Assembly (NCBI GenBank): GCA_034780895.1
Contig: JAUZTB010000063.1
Coordinates: forward strand, 29,042,140 to 29,106,139
Direction of reading: 5' to 3'
Length of the DNA stretch: 64,000 nucleotides
DNA from: Rhynchobatus australiae
Lineage: Eukaryota
A program made the translations under genes and the position numbers. The notes beneath the pieces are model-generated. The model was not told where the DNA came from. It saw only the letters and a program-made list of their open reading frames with translations, and did no database searches. Below are positions 40,386 to 53,352 of the stretch, in pieces (the first letter of the stretch is position 1; every line of letters starts with the position of its first letter).

Positions 40386-40619
40386 AGAGGTACTGGCATA
40401 AGTCCAAGGAAGAACAATGTGCATGGACTTGTTTATCAACCCCAAGGATAAAATTGAGTCTTTGTGATGTTAATGGGAAAAACTGACTGGCATTTCAACA
40501 GATGGTGCACCATTAGTGAGAGGGGAGCATAATGAAATAATCACACATCCCAAGCAGTATCTGGAAAAAAAATGCTTTAAGAACTCAGCCGGATCAGCAG
40601 CATCTGTGGAAAGAGAAAC

Positions 40620-40658
40620 CAGTTAATGTTTCAGGTCGAAGACCCTTCATCAGAACTG
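40620..40658 (-). ncRNA. Minimal type-I hammerhead ribozyme motif within a short PLE-associated element (~40562-40660)
   Basis: Minus strand reads CAGTT-CTGATGA-AGGGTC-TTC-GACCT-GAAA-CATT-AACTG: 5-bp stem I, both conserved core boxes, stem II, vestigial stem III. Confidence 0.7.
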
Positions 40659-42949
40659 AGAGCCGTATCTGGGTGATTGAGGAACAACTCTTCTTATTTC
40701 AGTGTATTATACAACAGCAAGAGGAGACACATGATGGATGCTGTTGTCTCCCTAGTCAGCTACATACTGTCTCTTGGACTCAACCACTGTCAATGTAAAG
40801 AGCCTTCAGAAAAAATTATTGCTGTGAGTGGTTATGCATTTTATTGTGCAGAAGGTGGGTGGCTTAGTGAGGTATTTAAAAGGTTTGGAGCAATGCTGCT
40901 GGAATTCAACATTTTGATAGGAAAAGGAACAATTAATGTACGGCCTCATCATCTAAATCATATCTTTTTGGACTGAAACTGTTCTAAACACACTTGCAAT
41001 GAGGTGATTTCTCTCACTTTCATATTTGACAGATTTCCTTTTTCAAGCACAATAGCAACTTGTGGGAAGCTTTGGTATTCATTTGAAATTTTCAGACATG
41101 TGCAGACACAGAAGAACTGAAGTTATTTGCTGATCCATTTGCAGCCTTCCCAGAAACAATAAAACTGAGCATTGTCTTTGAAATTGTCAAACTGCAAATG
41201 CTGCACTAATGCAAAGAAAATCTACTCCATTTCTGCAATTTCCTTGACTCTAGCTTTTTTTTAAAGAATTCAATAGGGTGAGCCACAAAGCCAAGTCTAT
41301 TCATTTGCAAGTTAGCATTCTCTCTGTTGAGACTCAANNNNNNNNNNNNNNNNNNNNNNNNNNNNNNNNNNNNNNNNNNNNNNNNNNNNNNNNNNNNNNN
41401 NNNNNNNNNNNNNNNNNNNNATTCCCAGAATGGTCTCCCAGACACAGTACAACATATCACATTAATCCTGAGGTGTAATCTACCGATAAACATATATTGT
41501 TTTAATTTAATTTGGAAGGCAATGAATATTTGAAAATCTCCGATGACATCCCAGTTGTATCAAAAACACACCTTGTTACTGAGTCTCCAAGACTGATAAA
41601 GGGTGTAAATATGTTTTCATGCAAATTATACTGTCAAATATCAATGAGCACCATTCATAATGCCCTGAACTTTAAGCATCCAAATTGTTATTAATTGTTG
41701 TTTGGCAAAAATCTTAACAAAATTTTCAACATCCTTTCAGTCTTCATGCACATGACCAAAAATATTAGAATCTAATGACGTATGATTAAAGAAAACATGT
41801 TTGATTGATAGCTCTCAGAAGAGATTCAGAATTTCAATTTTACTGCCAAAATATTGCGGATTCCTGATACAATGCTCTGCAGTTGTGACAACAAATCTGA
41901 AATACAAAGCCTATATTGTGTTATAATGTTAAACAAGCTTACAGATGTTGGCCAACAAAATAAGGAAGAAAATTCTAGGTTGTGTTCTTTATTCCCCTCT
42001 TAAAGAAATAAAAAGCTAAAACAGAAGCAATTCACGTAATGCAGAGAGAAATGCGCCAACCGATTATCTGAAGGTACAAATTTATTTACCAAACTATGAT
42101 TCCAAAATCAGGAATCAGAAAAGTAATCACTTTTTGTGAAGTCAAACACTATTAGCCTTAAAGGAGATGGATTCTCTCATTAGCTAATTACTTAGTAAAT
42201 TATAGATTGTCTACTTTCCAGTGCAATTATAGTCTAACGAATTGAATGATTGATATGTAGAAATGAAATCGCTCTATAAGTTCAACCATCTATTAGACAC
42301 TGTTGCTTTGCGAGAGGCTCAAACAACTTTTAAACAATTGCTTTATTACTAATCATTGTATATCAAATGGCATGATGGCATAAAATCAACTTAAGTTGCT
42401 TTGCTTTTGCTGCAAGAAATTTTTTAAAATCATAATGGGTTTCCCTCATCTCCCAGGTCAAGCACATTGGCTCACAAAAGGAAGCAAATGGAATAATCCG
42501 CACAAATTCAGGATAAAAGGAAAATGAAATTAAATAGTATTTACTTTTATATTTATTTGTTTTATGTTTTAGGAGCTCCAGCCCCATCCGAAGTGAAATA
42601 TTGTTCAAGATTAACAGAAACGTATACATCAGGTTAACATGAATTTGACTCCATTATAATTCCTTACAATGGTGTAAATTATATATGGGNNNNNNNNNNN
42701 NNNNNNNNNNNNNNNNNNNNNNNNNNNNNNNNNNNNNNNNNNNNNNNNNNNNNNNNNNNNNNNNNNNNNNNNNNNNNNNNNNNNNNNNNAACAGCAACGT
42801 ATACAGCAGGTTAACATGAAGTTGACTCCATTATCATTCCTTACAATGGTGTAAATTATATCTGGGGAGACACCAAGCATGGGTGGTCTGCAGTAAGGGA
42901 GATGACAAAGAAAGTGGCAGCTTTCTTGAAGACAGGGTCACTGTTAAAA

Positions 42950-43530
42950 TCATAAATTAGTACAGCACAGAAATGGGCCCTTCAGCCTACCGCATCCACA
43001 CTGACCTCTTTGCCCATCTACATTAATCACATTTGCCTACACTAGGTACATATCCTTCGAAGTCTTGTCTATTGAAGTGCCTGTCTAAACACCTTTTAAA
43101 AGTAATGATTGTATCTGACTTGACCACCTCCTCTGGCAGCGAGTTCCAAATATCATCCATTTTGTGCAAAAGAAAATTACCCCTTAAATCCCCTTTAAAA
43201 TTCATTTCCGTCACCTTAAACCTATGACATCTTGTTTTTGATACCCCTACTGTGGGAAAAGGATTCTGAGCATCTACCTTATGTATGCCTTGTACAATGT
43301 TATATAGTTTCATCAGTCACCCTTCAAGCCTCTTCCACTCCAGGGAAAACAAGCCCAGCCAATCCAATCTCTCCCCATAACTGAAATCCTCGAGTCCAGG
43401 CAACATCCTGGTGAATCTCCTCTCCATTCTCTCTAGCACAAACACATCCTTTTTATAGTGTGGCAACCAGAACTGCATACAATACTCTAACCAGTGTTTT
43501 GTAAAGTTAAAACATAACGTCCCAACTTTT
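42950..43530 (-). mobile_element. CR1-type LINE 3' end
   Basis: LYNIVQGIHKVD..SKTRCHRFKV..FKGDLRGNFL..IWNSLPEEVVKSDTIITFKRCLDRH. Confidence 0.82.
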
Positions 43531-43609
43531 ATACAGTTCTGCTGCAGAAGTTAAATGGGGCAGCCTTATAGAGGAAGGTGCTGGATATGCACGATGAAAT
43601 GCTGGTGCA

Positions 43610-44215
43610 GATCAATTGCTGAAATCAAGCATTCCAGTGCAGCAAGGAAGGCAAATGGTGTGTTGGCCTCCATTGCAAGAGGATTTGAATATAAGAGCAA
43701 GGATCTCTTGCTGTAGTTGTATAGGGCCTTGGTGACATCGGGAATTTTGTGTGCAGTTTTACCATAGGAGTTCAACAAGTATTGAAGGCTGATTCCTGGG
43801 ATGGTAGAACTGACATGAGGAGAGATTGGGTCATTTAGCCCTATATTCACTGGAGGACAGAAGAATGGGAGGGGATCATGCAGAAACGTACAACATTGTT
43901 ACAAGACTAGACTGGATAAAGAGTTACGTTCCTGACAGATGAAGAGTAGAACCAGGGGTCACAGTCTCGTGGTGTGAGGTATGCCATTTAAAAAGAGAAC
44001 AGGGGAAATTTATGGAACTCTTTACTAAAGAAGGCAATGGAGGACAAGTAATTTAATATATTCAAGAATGAGGTAGACATATTTCTTAAAGCCAAAGGGA
44101 TCAACGGATAAGGGACAAGGACAGGAACATGGTCTTGAAGTGGATAACCAGCAACAATTATGTTGAGAAGTGGAGCAGGCCCGAGAAACAGAATGACCTA
44201 TTCCTGCTTCTATAT
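43610..44215 (+). mobile_element. CR1-type LINE 3' end, opposite orientation to its neighbour
   Basis: aaggcaaatggtgtgttggcctccattgcaagaggatttgaatataagagcaagga (KANGxLAxIARGFEYKSKD) plus 3' UTR. Confidence 0.72.
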
Positions 44216-44539
44216 TTATACAGTTATACAGTATGTTGCCGTACAAATTAAGGAAGTATCATTATGGCTGTTGTGAGTGTGCAAGGGCACTTACGTGGCA
44301 GCAAACTGTCTTCCAGCAGCTTTGGGAATGCTGAGGTTCTGCCCCTTTGGAGTGAGAGTAGTTCCACAAAGCGCAGACCTACTGACTGCTCTCAGGAAGA
44401 CAAAATCATTTCCCCATTATGCTACTTTGACCTTACTGTTGAGTTCTGTTTCAATCCCTGGGAAAGTTCTGCCGCACAGGCATCAGAGAACCATCAGAGG
44501 TGGTGAGACAGTGCATACAGTTGGGAAAGAGAGGCTCTG

Positions 44540-45950
44540 TGAGTCAACACCAAGTCTGGACAGAATTAAGTCTCAGCATCAGGCCAAACTGAGCAAGGGA
44601 ACCTCCACCTGATTACCATTGACCATCCTCCCCCCGTGACGAATAGTGCTCCTCTTTGTTGATCAATACTTGGGAATGCACTGAGAGTAGTCAGGGCACA
44701 GATGTGCTCTGGGGGACTTCAACATCCTCCTGTAAGAACGGCTATGGAACGCCATCGCTGGCCAAGCTGTCCAACTCCTGAAGGACATCAGGGTCAGACC
44801 GGCTCTGGGGAAGGTAGAGAGTGAACCAACAAAAGGAATTAACATATTTGACACTGTCTGCAGCTAACCAAGTTAAGGATGGTATCAAATTGAATGAAAA
44901 AGCATACAATAATTAATGGTAGGCAAGAGGAGGGAAATTTTTAGAAACCAATAAAGCAAATTATAAAGAGGAGGAAGATAGAATAAGATGCATAGCCAAC
45001 AATATAAAACATAGTAAGAGCTTTTACTGCTATACGGAAAGAGCAGTTACAGTAAATACTGGTTTCTTAGGAGATGAGACTGACTAATTAGTAATGGGAG
45101 AAAGAGAAAAGACAGAGATTCTAAAAAAATTATTTTGCCTTGCTCTTCATTGTAGAAAACAATAAAATAATAATAGATGATCAATGGACTGCAGGGAGGG
45201 AGGAACTAAAACGATCTCTATCACTCAAGATAAAGTACCAAGCAAAGTTAAGGCTGAGAAGTCTCCTGGACGAGATGGCCTGCATCCCAGGGTCTTAAAG
45301 AAAGTGGCTGCAGTATTAACAGATGCATCATAACCTATCAGCATTCCCTGGATTCCAGAGAGATGCCAGATGATGCCATAGGGAATTCCACAATTCAAGA
45401 AAGGAGGGAGGCAGAGAGCAGGAAACTATAGACTAGTAGGTCTAACATTCATCATTGGAAGAAATGCTGGAATCCATTGTTAAGAAAGTAATCACGGAAC
45501 ATTTAGAAAATTATACGGCAATCAAATAGTCAGCATAGTTTTATGAATAGGAAACCAATAGATGTCGTATATTTGGATTTCCAGAAGGCTTTTGATTTTG
45601 ATAAGGTGCCACATTAAAGGATGTAGACAACATTCAGGCACCGGCTGGTAAATGGCAAGTAATGCTTGTGCTGCAAAACTTCAGGCATTGATCATCTCCA
45701 ACATGTGAGGGTCTGACTACTTATGCTTGACATTTCATGGCACGGCAGTTACTGTGTCCCCAACCAACAACACCATGGTTGTCATCAATAACCAGAAACT
45801 TGACCAAAGCAATCACATAAACAAATAAAAATCAGAGGCTCTGTATCCTGCAATGAATGGACCACATCCTGAAATCCCACAGCCTCTCCACTGCCCACAA
45901 GGCAAAATTCAGCAGTGTGATAGAATACTCAAGACTAGCCTGGATGCCAG
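44540..45950 (+). mobile_element. Interleaved degraded CR1/L2-type LINE ORF2 fragments
   Basis: Endonuclease GDFN near 44715, KSPGxDGLHPRVLK near 45260, GNYRLVGLT near 45420, DVVYLDFQKAFD near 45560. Confidence 0.62.
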
Positions 45951-46395
45951 TNNNNNNNNNNNNNNNNNNNNNNNNNNNNNNNNNNNNNNNNNNNNNNNNN
46001 NNNNNNNNNNNNNNNNNNNNNNNNNNNNNNNNNNNNNNNNNNNNNNNNNNNNNNNNNNNNNNNNNNNNNNNNNNNNNNNNNNNNNNNNNNNNNNNNNNNN
46101 NNNNNNNNNNNNNNNNNNNNNNNNNNNNNNNNACAGGTCAAAGACAAAGGCAGATGAAAACAACACCAGCAAGTTTCAATCCAAATCACAGAAGAGCTGA
46201 GGAATGGTACTAACTGGTTTTTTCTTCCTTGCTGTACCTATTTTATGAGTCTATTATCCTAATGAATCTTTAAGCATACAAGTTCCTTTGGTATCTCTCT
46301 TGGTGCATAAAACTGGATTACATTCTAACAATGAGCTGAGTCAGTACAGTCATAGCTACAATCAGGTGCATGGTGGCATGGTATTCATTGCCTCA

Positions 46396-46503
46396 GTGCC
46401 AGTGATGAAGATGCTGCATACACCAAGAGTAAAGTGAAACAGGCTGGTCTGTCCTGGAGTGTTAAGTTCCTTGTGGTGTATGCAACATCTTCATCACTGA
46501 CAC
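46396..46503. repeat. ~30-bp inverted repeat with ~48-bp spacer
   Basis: gtgccagtgatgaagatgctgcatacacca versus tggtgtatgcaacatcttcatcactgacac (2 mismatches). Confidence 0.85.
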
Positions 46504-47172
46504 ACCGATGCTGCTAAACTTCAGATGGAGTGCTGAGGCTTTGTGATAAATACTTCATGGCTCAGGAGCAGTTCAGATAAATGACAGCAGCAGCTGAAAT
46601 GTACTCGGTCTGATTCAGGGCAAGTTGTGTCCAATCTCGAACACCAGCAAAACCCAGTGTCTAACAACCACCACCTCCATATTTCACAAGCTGACTCCAT
46701 GTGCTCATATATCAGGTTTCACCCCATGGGCACACATCAACTTACCCCCAATAAGATGTAACACAGAAGTTTTGGGGCAGAGTAGATACCAAAGCGTTTG
46801 GAAATCAGCCAATTAAGTTCCATTCCTCATTGCATCATCACTCCGTGTGGAGTTGAAGGATCGGAAACAATAAACAGAGAAATGAGGTGGCCCAACTAGA
46901 AGTGGAATTGTGGAGCAAATTTGGTCACACATAACCATGGCACAGTCAGTCAAAAAGGAAAGAAATTAGGAAGCAAAATACCAGAGGGAAAAAGGAAAGT
47001 AATTCACAGAAGAAAACAATATTCTGAAGCAAGAGTGTATACTGGGAAAATAAAGACAACTCCACTTCCCTTCCCGATACTTCAGCACCACACATTATCA
47101 ACTATTAATTTCTCAAAATCCAATATATATCCAAGATATTACCAGTAAACTTTACATTGAGAAAATACTTAC

Positions 47173-47328
47173 AAAGAGAGTGTTTTTTGCAGCTACCAGA
47201 ACTTGGGTGCCATCAGATGACCATAAACAGCACTTTAGTAGAACCTCCTCTTCATCATCACCATCACCTGATTTCCAGCATTGTTCCTTAACATCAAGGG
47301 ATTTCCACATATTACCAGATTTCCATAG
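47173..47328 (-). CDS. APAF1: APAF1 coding exon (~exon 17), WD40 with acidic loop
   Basis: 156 bp, ctcacag acceptor and gtaagt donor. Encodes LWKSGNMWKSLDVKEQCWKSGDGDDEEEVLLKCCLWSSDGTQVLVAAKNTLF (cf. VIVKCCSWSADGARIMVAAKNKIF). Confidence 0.93.
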
Positions 47329-47989
47329 CTGTGAGAATAGAACATAGCATTGCTTCATTAGCCATTAACTGTCGAATATAAACACATATCACTTCAGAAT
47401 GAATTATAATTTTCAATGTATTTTTAAGAACTAAAATGAATCATTTATGAATAGAGATCCAGAATTCACAAGGTACACTTACATAGGATGTGAAAAAGTT
47501 ATCCAACTGAAAATTGATTAGAATGATATCTTGTCTTATCCACAATCTTCAAAGCTAGCGAAAGGGACACCATTTTTGCAGCTAATTCCAATGGTTTCCA
47601 TATGCCAAGTTCAAAAGTGGAGTACAAAACAAAGTCCTACAAGATTTTGCATTTAACAAAGCAAACAACAGCCAACTTCTGCATACAATCACATGGAGTC
47701 ACAGGGAGCCATAGAGTCATTCAGTACAGAAAGCAGCTCTTCTGCCCACTGCATTTACAATGATTATCAGGCACCCATCCACACTAGTCCTACACCAAAG
47801 GAGTCCATTTGACCACTAATCTGATGTAAATTAATAATTCCAGAAATCAGATGATGTCAAGCTAATCTCCTCTTTCCCCATAAATCAGCCAAAATAAACC
47901 TTTGTTGATTTCTACCAAATTCATGTTAGGAGAGCAAACTTGGGCACAATACTCCAGACATAGTCTCACTAAGCCCTGACACAAGGGAG

Positions 47990-48172
47990 GTGGTAGAATC
48001 AGATATGATAGTGATATACGAGAGGCATTTAGACAGACATATGAATAGGCAGGGAATAGAGGGGCATCAACCATGGGCAGGCAGATGGGATTAGTTTAAG
48101 TTTGCATTATGGTCGGCACAGACATGGTGGGCTAAAGGGCCTGTTCCTGCACTGTACTGCTCTACATTCTAT
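47990..48172 (+). mobile_element. CR1-type 3' tail copy inserted among minus-strand CR1 remnants (~47700-48520)
   Basis: gaggcatttagacagacatatgaataggcagggaatagag..gggcctgttcctgcactgtactgctcta tail. Confidence 0.6.
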
Positions 48173-51100
48173 GCAAGTGTAATTAAACTTTACTTTTAAA
48201 CTTTTACGATAAACATTAACATCCTACTTGCTTTCTTGATAGTTTGCTTCACCTGAAGGCTAACTTTTCTTGATGTAAGGATGCCCAAGTTGATCTGAAC
48301 ATCAACATCTCTCTGTCATTCACCTTTTAAAGATTATTTAGCTTTTCTATACTCCTTCTCAAATTTGCATTTATCGACATACTTATTCTGTCACCTTCTT
48401 GCCCTTTTTTTAACCTGTCCATATCACTTTGCAGACTCTTAGTCACCTATTTGCCCACCTGGCACTGACCTGTCAAAAAAAATCCGATACGTTGAATGGT
48501 CCTTCAATTTAGGTCATACGAACATGGGAAGTATTGCTATTTTGTCAATCAAGCCTATTCTGCTATTCAAGATGATCGTAATCAATGAGCAGCCAAATTC
48601 CATTTTTGCTCCTTTCTCTAGATCCCCTAATAGCTTTGGTTATCAAAAATCCATCATTCTCACATTTGAAATTAACTAACCTAGTATCAGAAGAGAATTC
48701 TGAATTTCTAACACTCTCTGTATATAGAAATATTTTCTAACTTCAATCTGAAGAGGCCTGGCTCTGACCTTTAAAAGATTCCTTACAGTCCTATAATACC
48801 AACAAGCAGAAGCTGTTTCTCTCTGTGCAACTTAATAGTTCCACTTAAAAATCTTGAAAACATTCAGCAAATCACCTTTATGCTTCTTAATGCCAAGGAA
48901 TACAACTCTAGGAGCCCATGTATCATATTGGTAAACCTCAAGTGCACTCTCCAAGGTAAACCTAACCTTAAGGTTGGTTCTCAAAGTTGCATACACTTCT
49001 CAAGATGTGNNNNNNNNNNNNNNNNNNNNNNNNNNNNNNNNNNNNNNNNNNNNNNNNNNNNNNNNNNNNNNNNNNNNNNNNNNNNNNNNNNNNNNNNNNN
49101 NNNNNNNNNTTCCCTCTGAGTTGTTCAGAGCAGAAAAGACCAAGGTGTAGCGTTAACTGCTGGAGCCAGACCTGTAGAAATACCAGCGGAGGGCAGAATT
49201 TGTTTCCATCATAATGTCCTCACCCAGTAGCCCACAGCATGAAATTTGCCCACTTTAGGCAGGGTGTTGGACATTGATCATGGTTCAGTGAAGTGCCAAT
49301 CTCTGGTGGAATGTCAGGAGTAAGAATGTGGAAAAATTTGTATTTGACAAATCTTGAATTTAACAAGTTAATTTCATGTGTCAGTCGCTCTTTGTATTGA
49401 AACAAAGTAGTCTCAGCAAAGTTCTTATTCAGCATTAGAATCGGTTCCCCTTAGAATCCAGTATCCTTGAGGTGCCTCCCACTGTATTCTCAGCTTTGTT
49501 GCTAATAGCTTTACACTGCCTGGATGGTTTGAATGAAGTCTGTAATTCTTTCCCTTTGTTACTTAGGTTGACGGATGTCTATTCATTTTTACATGGTCTA
49601 TGATTCCTTTTTGAACATCTATTACTCCACATTATATGAACATATTAAAGCCCATTTACCACTTCAGCCCATTTGCTTAATTGCTTGGATGTCTTAGCAG
49701 CTCATCAATCTCCCTTACTCTATTCACTCAGCCACATAATTTGTTATCACAGGCAGAATTCTTGATATTGCTAGGAGTGCCATGCATCTAGAACTCGCAT
49801 AATAATGCTCCTGGATTGGACTTTGCATTCTTTCTGTCTATTCATCTATCTTAGGTTTAATCTTCCTGATGGAGTGCACTTCAGGTAAGGGTGACACTTT
49901 CCACCAGCCTGTGTGTCAAATTTGTCTGAAATGTTCTGTGCACCTACGTATTTCTGATTCGGTCCTTTATAGGACTGTTGACAAGATAAATGAGACTAAC
50001 TTCCTCCATCGAATCCTAGGCTTGGGGAAATTTGTCTTCTGCCTTATTTGCTTCTTCTGGATCTCTTTTTGGTTTCAAATTCTCTCAAACGGTATTTGAT
50101 TTTTCCCTACCTCTTCCCACCTTCTTACCCTTCAATCTGTCCTGCACTTTCCCACTGTGGTCTTGAAAGTTCACACCTTTTTCCCTTGCAACCTGCAAGA
50201 AAAGCTCTACAATTGAACTCGTGGTCATGAGCATAGGATCATACTAGCAGAAGCAGGATGCTCAGTCCCTGAACCTGCTCTGTCATTTCATCAGATCTCA
50301 TCTTATTTGTAACTTATCTCCATATTACCACCTTTTAACCCTGTCCTTTAATGCCATCAATTACCAAACATCGATCAATCTCTGATTTAATATTAATTAT
50401 TGATCTACCATCAGTTTCCATCCACTTGAGACCTCCAAGTTTTTGGCAGCCTTTATGTGTTTCCTTAATCTCAGTTCTGAAAGGCCTGGCTCTAACTTTG
50501 GATTCACTTCTTTCATCCCCAGCCAATGTTTGCCATTTCTGTTGGTCTACCTATCAATATTTATTAATGCCCTGAAAACTTTGATTAAATTAATCCATTT
50601 CTAAATTCTAAGGAACACAACTCAAGTCTGTGCAGTCTCTCAAATTTAAACGTGCATATCCAGGTGCTATCCTGGTAAATCAATGCTGCGATCCTCTGTG
50701 GCCAATTTATCATTATGTCCATACCTGCTCACAGTTCCCTAGGTTAGTGTAGCACTCTAGAGTTGTATCATTTGTTATATTGCCTGAGTAAAAGCAAACA
50801 TTTCCTTAGCACCTTTGATAATTGTGACTGTCCATGAAATTGTAATGATCTGCATCTATAGTCTCTCTGAATTTCCACTGCATCGAGCTTTTCACTTTTT
50901 AAAAAGTGCTTTACACCATATTTGTCAGGTCCCATGTGGTTTATCTCAAATTTGTCTAGAGTGAAATCAGTTTGTCACTGTTTTGTGATGTGTTCACATC
51001 TCTTTATTATTTAATGCTTCCACCCACTTGCACTGCTTACTGTGTCTTCAGTAAACTTTAATACTTGGCTTTTCACTCCATCTTCTAAGTCTTACATAAA

Positions 51101-53235
51101 TACTTCAAATGGTTGTGACCTCAGTGCTGGCCATCACTAGTCACATTCAACCAATCCCAGTCCCTCTCCATTACCCCTTTTCTCTATTCCCTACAACTCA
51201 GTCAATTTCCTATCCATCCTGAAAATCCCATTTATTATCCAGGCACAGAATAGAAACAGCATTATCCCTTTTTACACCTGCAACCTCTAAGCAGCTCTAC
51301 CATACTCTTTCCTGATTTCTGCAATTATTTCATTTGTTGAACTACTCAAATCTTTAGTGCTCAACTTTTGCTGAGGATGTTAAGCCTCTTGTTTTATGCC
51401 ATGGGACTAATGGAGATGTGTTGGTCACCTTCTGGTCTTCATGAAATTCACTGGAATTTGACAAGTACACCTTGTCCTAATTAAAATTTACCTCTGCTGT
51501 CTGTGTTGACGGCTAAAACTGCCATTTTTAAAAAAACTCTCTTTGCCATCTTTTCCCCATCTGATCATTGTCTCCCAAGTTGTACCTTTGGTCTTTGTAA
51601 TTTGCACTATGCTGGTCATTCTGGCAGGGGATAAAAAGAGTTCTGAGGGGGTGACAGGGTGTTGAGGGGAAGGCAGTGGCTGGGTTACAGCTGCTGATTG
51701 GATGAAGGGATGCATGGTGGTGGGGAGAAGGTTCCAGCAAAGATGCAAGCAAATTTGAAGGATGAAATTAAGGCAGATTTAGGGTAGAAATTGCTAAAGT
51801 TTGGGCTTTGGCATCTAAAGGTATAACCGACAATACTGAAGAAATCAAAAATGTCGAAAAGGCCAGAACTGGAACATGCCTCAGGGCTAAAAAACTAGAG
51901 GGAAGAGAAAGGGAGGGGCAAGACTATGGTGCAAATTAAAAGGACGGAATTTTTTAAAATCAAGCTTCTTTTAAACCCTGAGGCAATGCAAGTCAGTCTG
52001 AACAAGGTAGATAGATTAATAAGACTGTTTCATGTGAGATGACAAAGGTCACCTTGTTGTCAAACGTGACACCAAGATTGGAAGCAGTCTGTTTCGCAGG
52101 AGAGATAAAGCAGATGGCAAGCAAACATAGTTTGCAGTGGAAACTGAAGACAATAGCTCTGATCTTTATGATATTTAGCATATTTGTGCTAATTCAATAC
52201 TAGACCGATTAGGGACAGTAAAGAGTCAATGGAGATTACAGTATTATAGCTGGATATCTTCTGAGTGCCTGTGGAAATGGATGCAGTGCTTACATGCATC
52301 CTTGCAGGTCAAGGGATAAGATCTAGATGAAAAGTAACAGGCAGCCATCTTTGGGGAAAGCCAGAAGTCATGTGAGAGTTGGAATAGAAGGCACTGCAAG
52401 TGGCTCTTTGGATATGACTTGACAGATTACAGTTGAGGGAGATTTCAACTAGTGTAGAGACAGTAGGACAGGAGAGTGTGGTCAACCATGTTAAAGCATG
52501 CAGATGGAATGAGGACAAAGAGAGATAGAGAACCTTCATACAGATCATTAATGGCTTTGTTCAGAGCTGTTTCAATCCTGTAGCAGTAGCAGAAGATTAA
52601 CTAAATTTTTAATTTAAATTTTATTTACAGCGTGGTAACAGGCCCTTCCGACCCCGCGCTGCCCATTTTAAACCCNNNNNNNNNNNNNNNNNNNNNNNNN
52701 NNNNNNNNNNNNNNNNNNNNNNNNNNNNNNNNNNNNNNNNNNNNNNNNNNNNNNNNNNNNNNNNNNNNNNNNNNNNNNNNNNNNNNNNNNNNNNNNNNNN
52801 NNNNNNNNNNNNNNNNNNNNNNNNNNNNNNNNNNNNNNNNNNNNNNNNNNNNNNNNNNNNNNNNNNNNNNNNNNNNNNNNNNNNNNNNNNNNNNNNNNNN
52901 NNNNNNNNNNNNNNNNNNNNNNNNNNNNNNNNNNNNNNNNNNNNNNNNNNNNNNNNNNNNNNNNNNNNNNNNNNNNNNNNNNNNNNNNNNNNNNNNNNNN
53001 NNNNNNNNNNNNNNNNNNNNNNNNNNNNNNNNNNNNNNNNNNNNNNNNNNNNNNNNNNNNNNNNNNNNNNNNNNNNNNNNNNNNNNNNNNNNNNNNNNNN
53101 NNNNNNNNNNNNNNNNNNNNNNNNNNNNNNNNNNNNNNNNNNNNNNNNNNNNNNNNNNNNNNNNNNNNNNNNNNNNNNNNNNNNNNNNNNNNNNNNNNNN
53201 NNNNNNNNNNNNNNNNNNNNNNNNNNNNNNNNNNN

Positions 53236-53352
53236 CAACCCAAAACGATGATAATTTCCTTCCTTCCACAGATGCTGCTCGACCTGCTGACTTCTCCAGC
53301 AGATTGTTTGTTGCTTCAAATTCCAGCATCTGCAGTCTTTTGCGTCTCCAGA
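53236..53352 (+). mobile_element. Short PLE-associated element; 5' (ribozyme) part lost in a gap
   Basis: ccacagatgctgctcgacctgctga..ttccagcatctgcagtc is the reverse complement of the units at 9764-10035. Confidence 0.7.

Larger units (their letters stand above)
39700..41260 (+). mobile_element. Fossil hAT DNA transposon (Charlie/SPIN-like) transposase
   Basis: Peptides IMKVSYEIASLIIK..NGDFVKDCLL, GISTDGAPLVRG (catalytic TDGA motif), VVSLVSYILSLGLNH and a decayed EVRWLS (EGGWLS). Multiple stops and frameshifts. Confidence 0.75.

Noticed and set aside
42620-42867. ~70-bp near-duplicate on both sides of a 100-N gap
   Set aside because: Typical unmerged contig overlap or haplotype ends; probably an assembly artefact rather than a tandem repeat.
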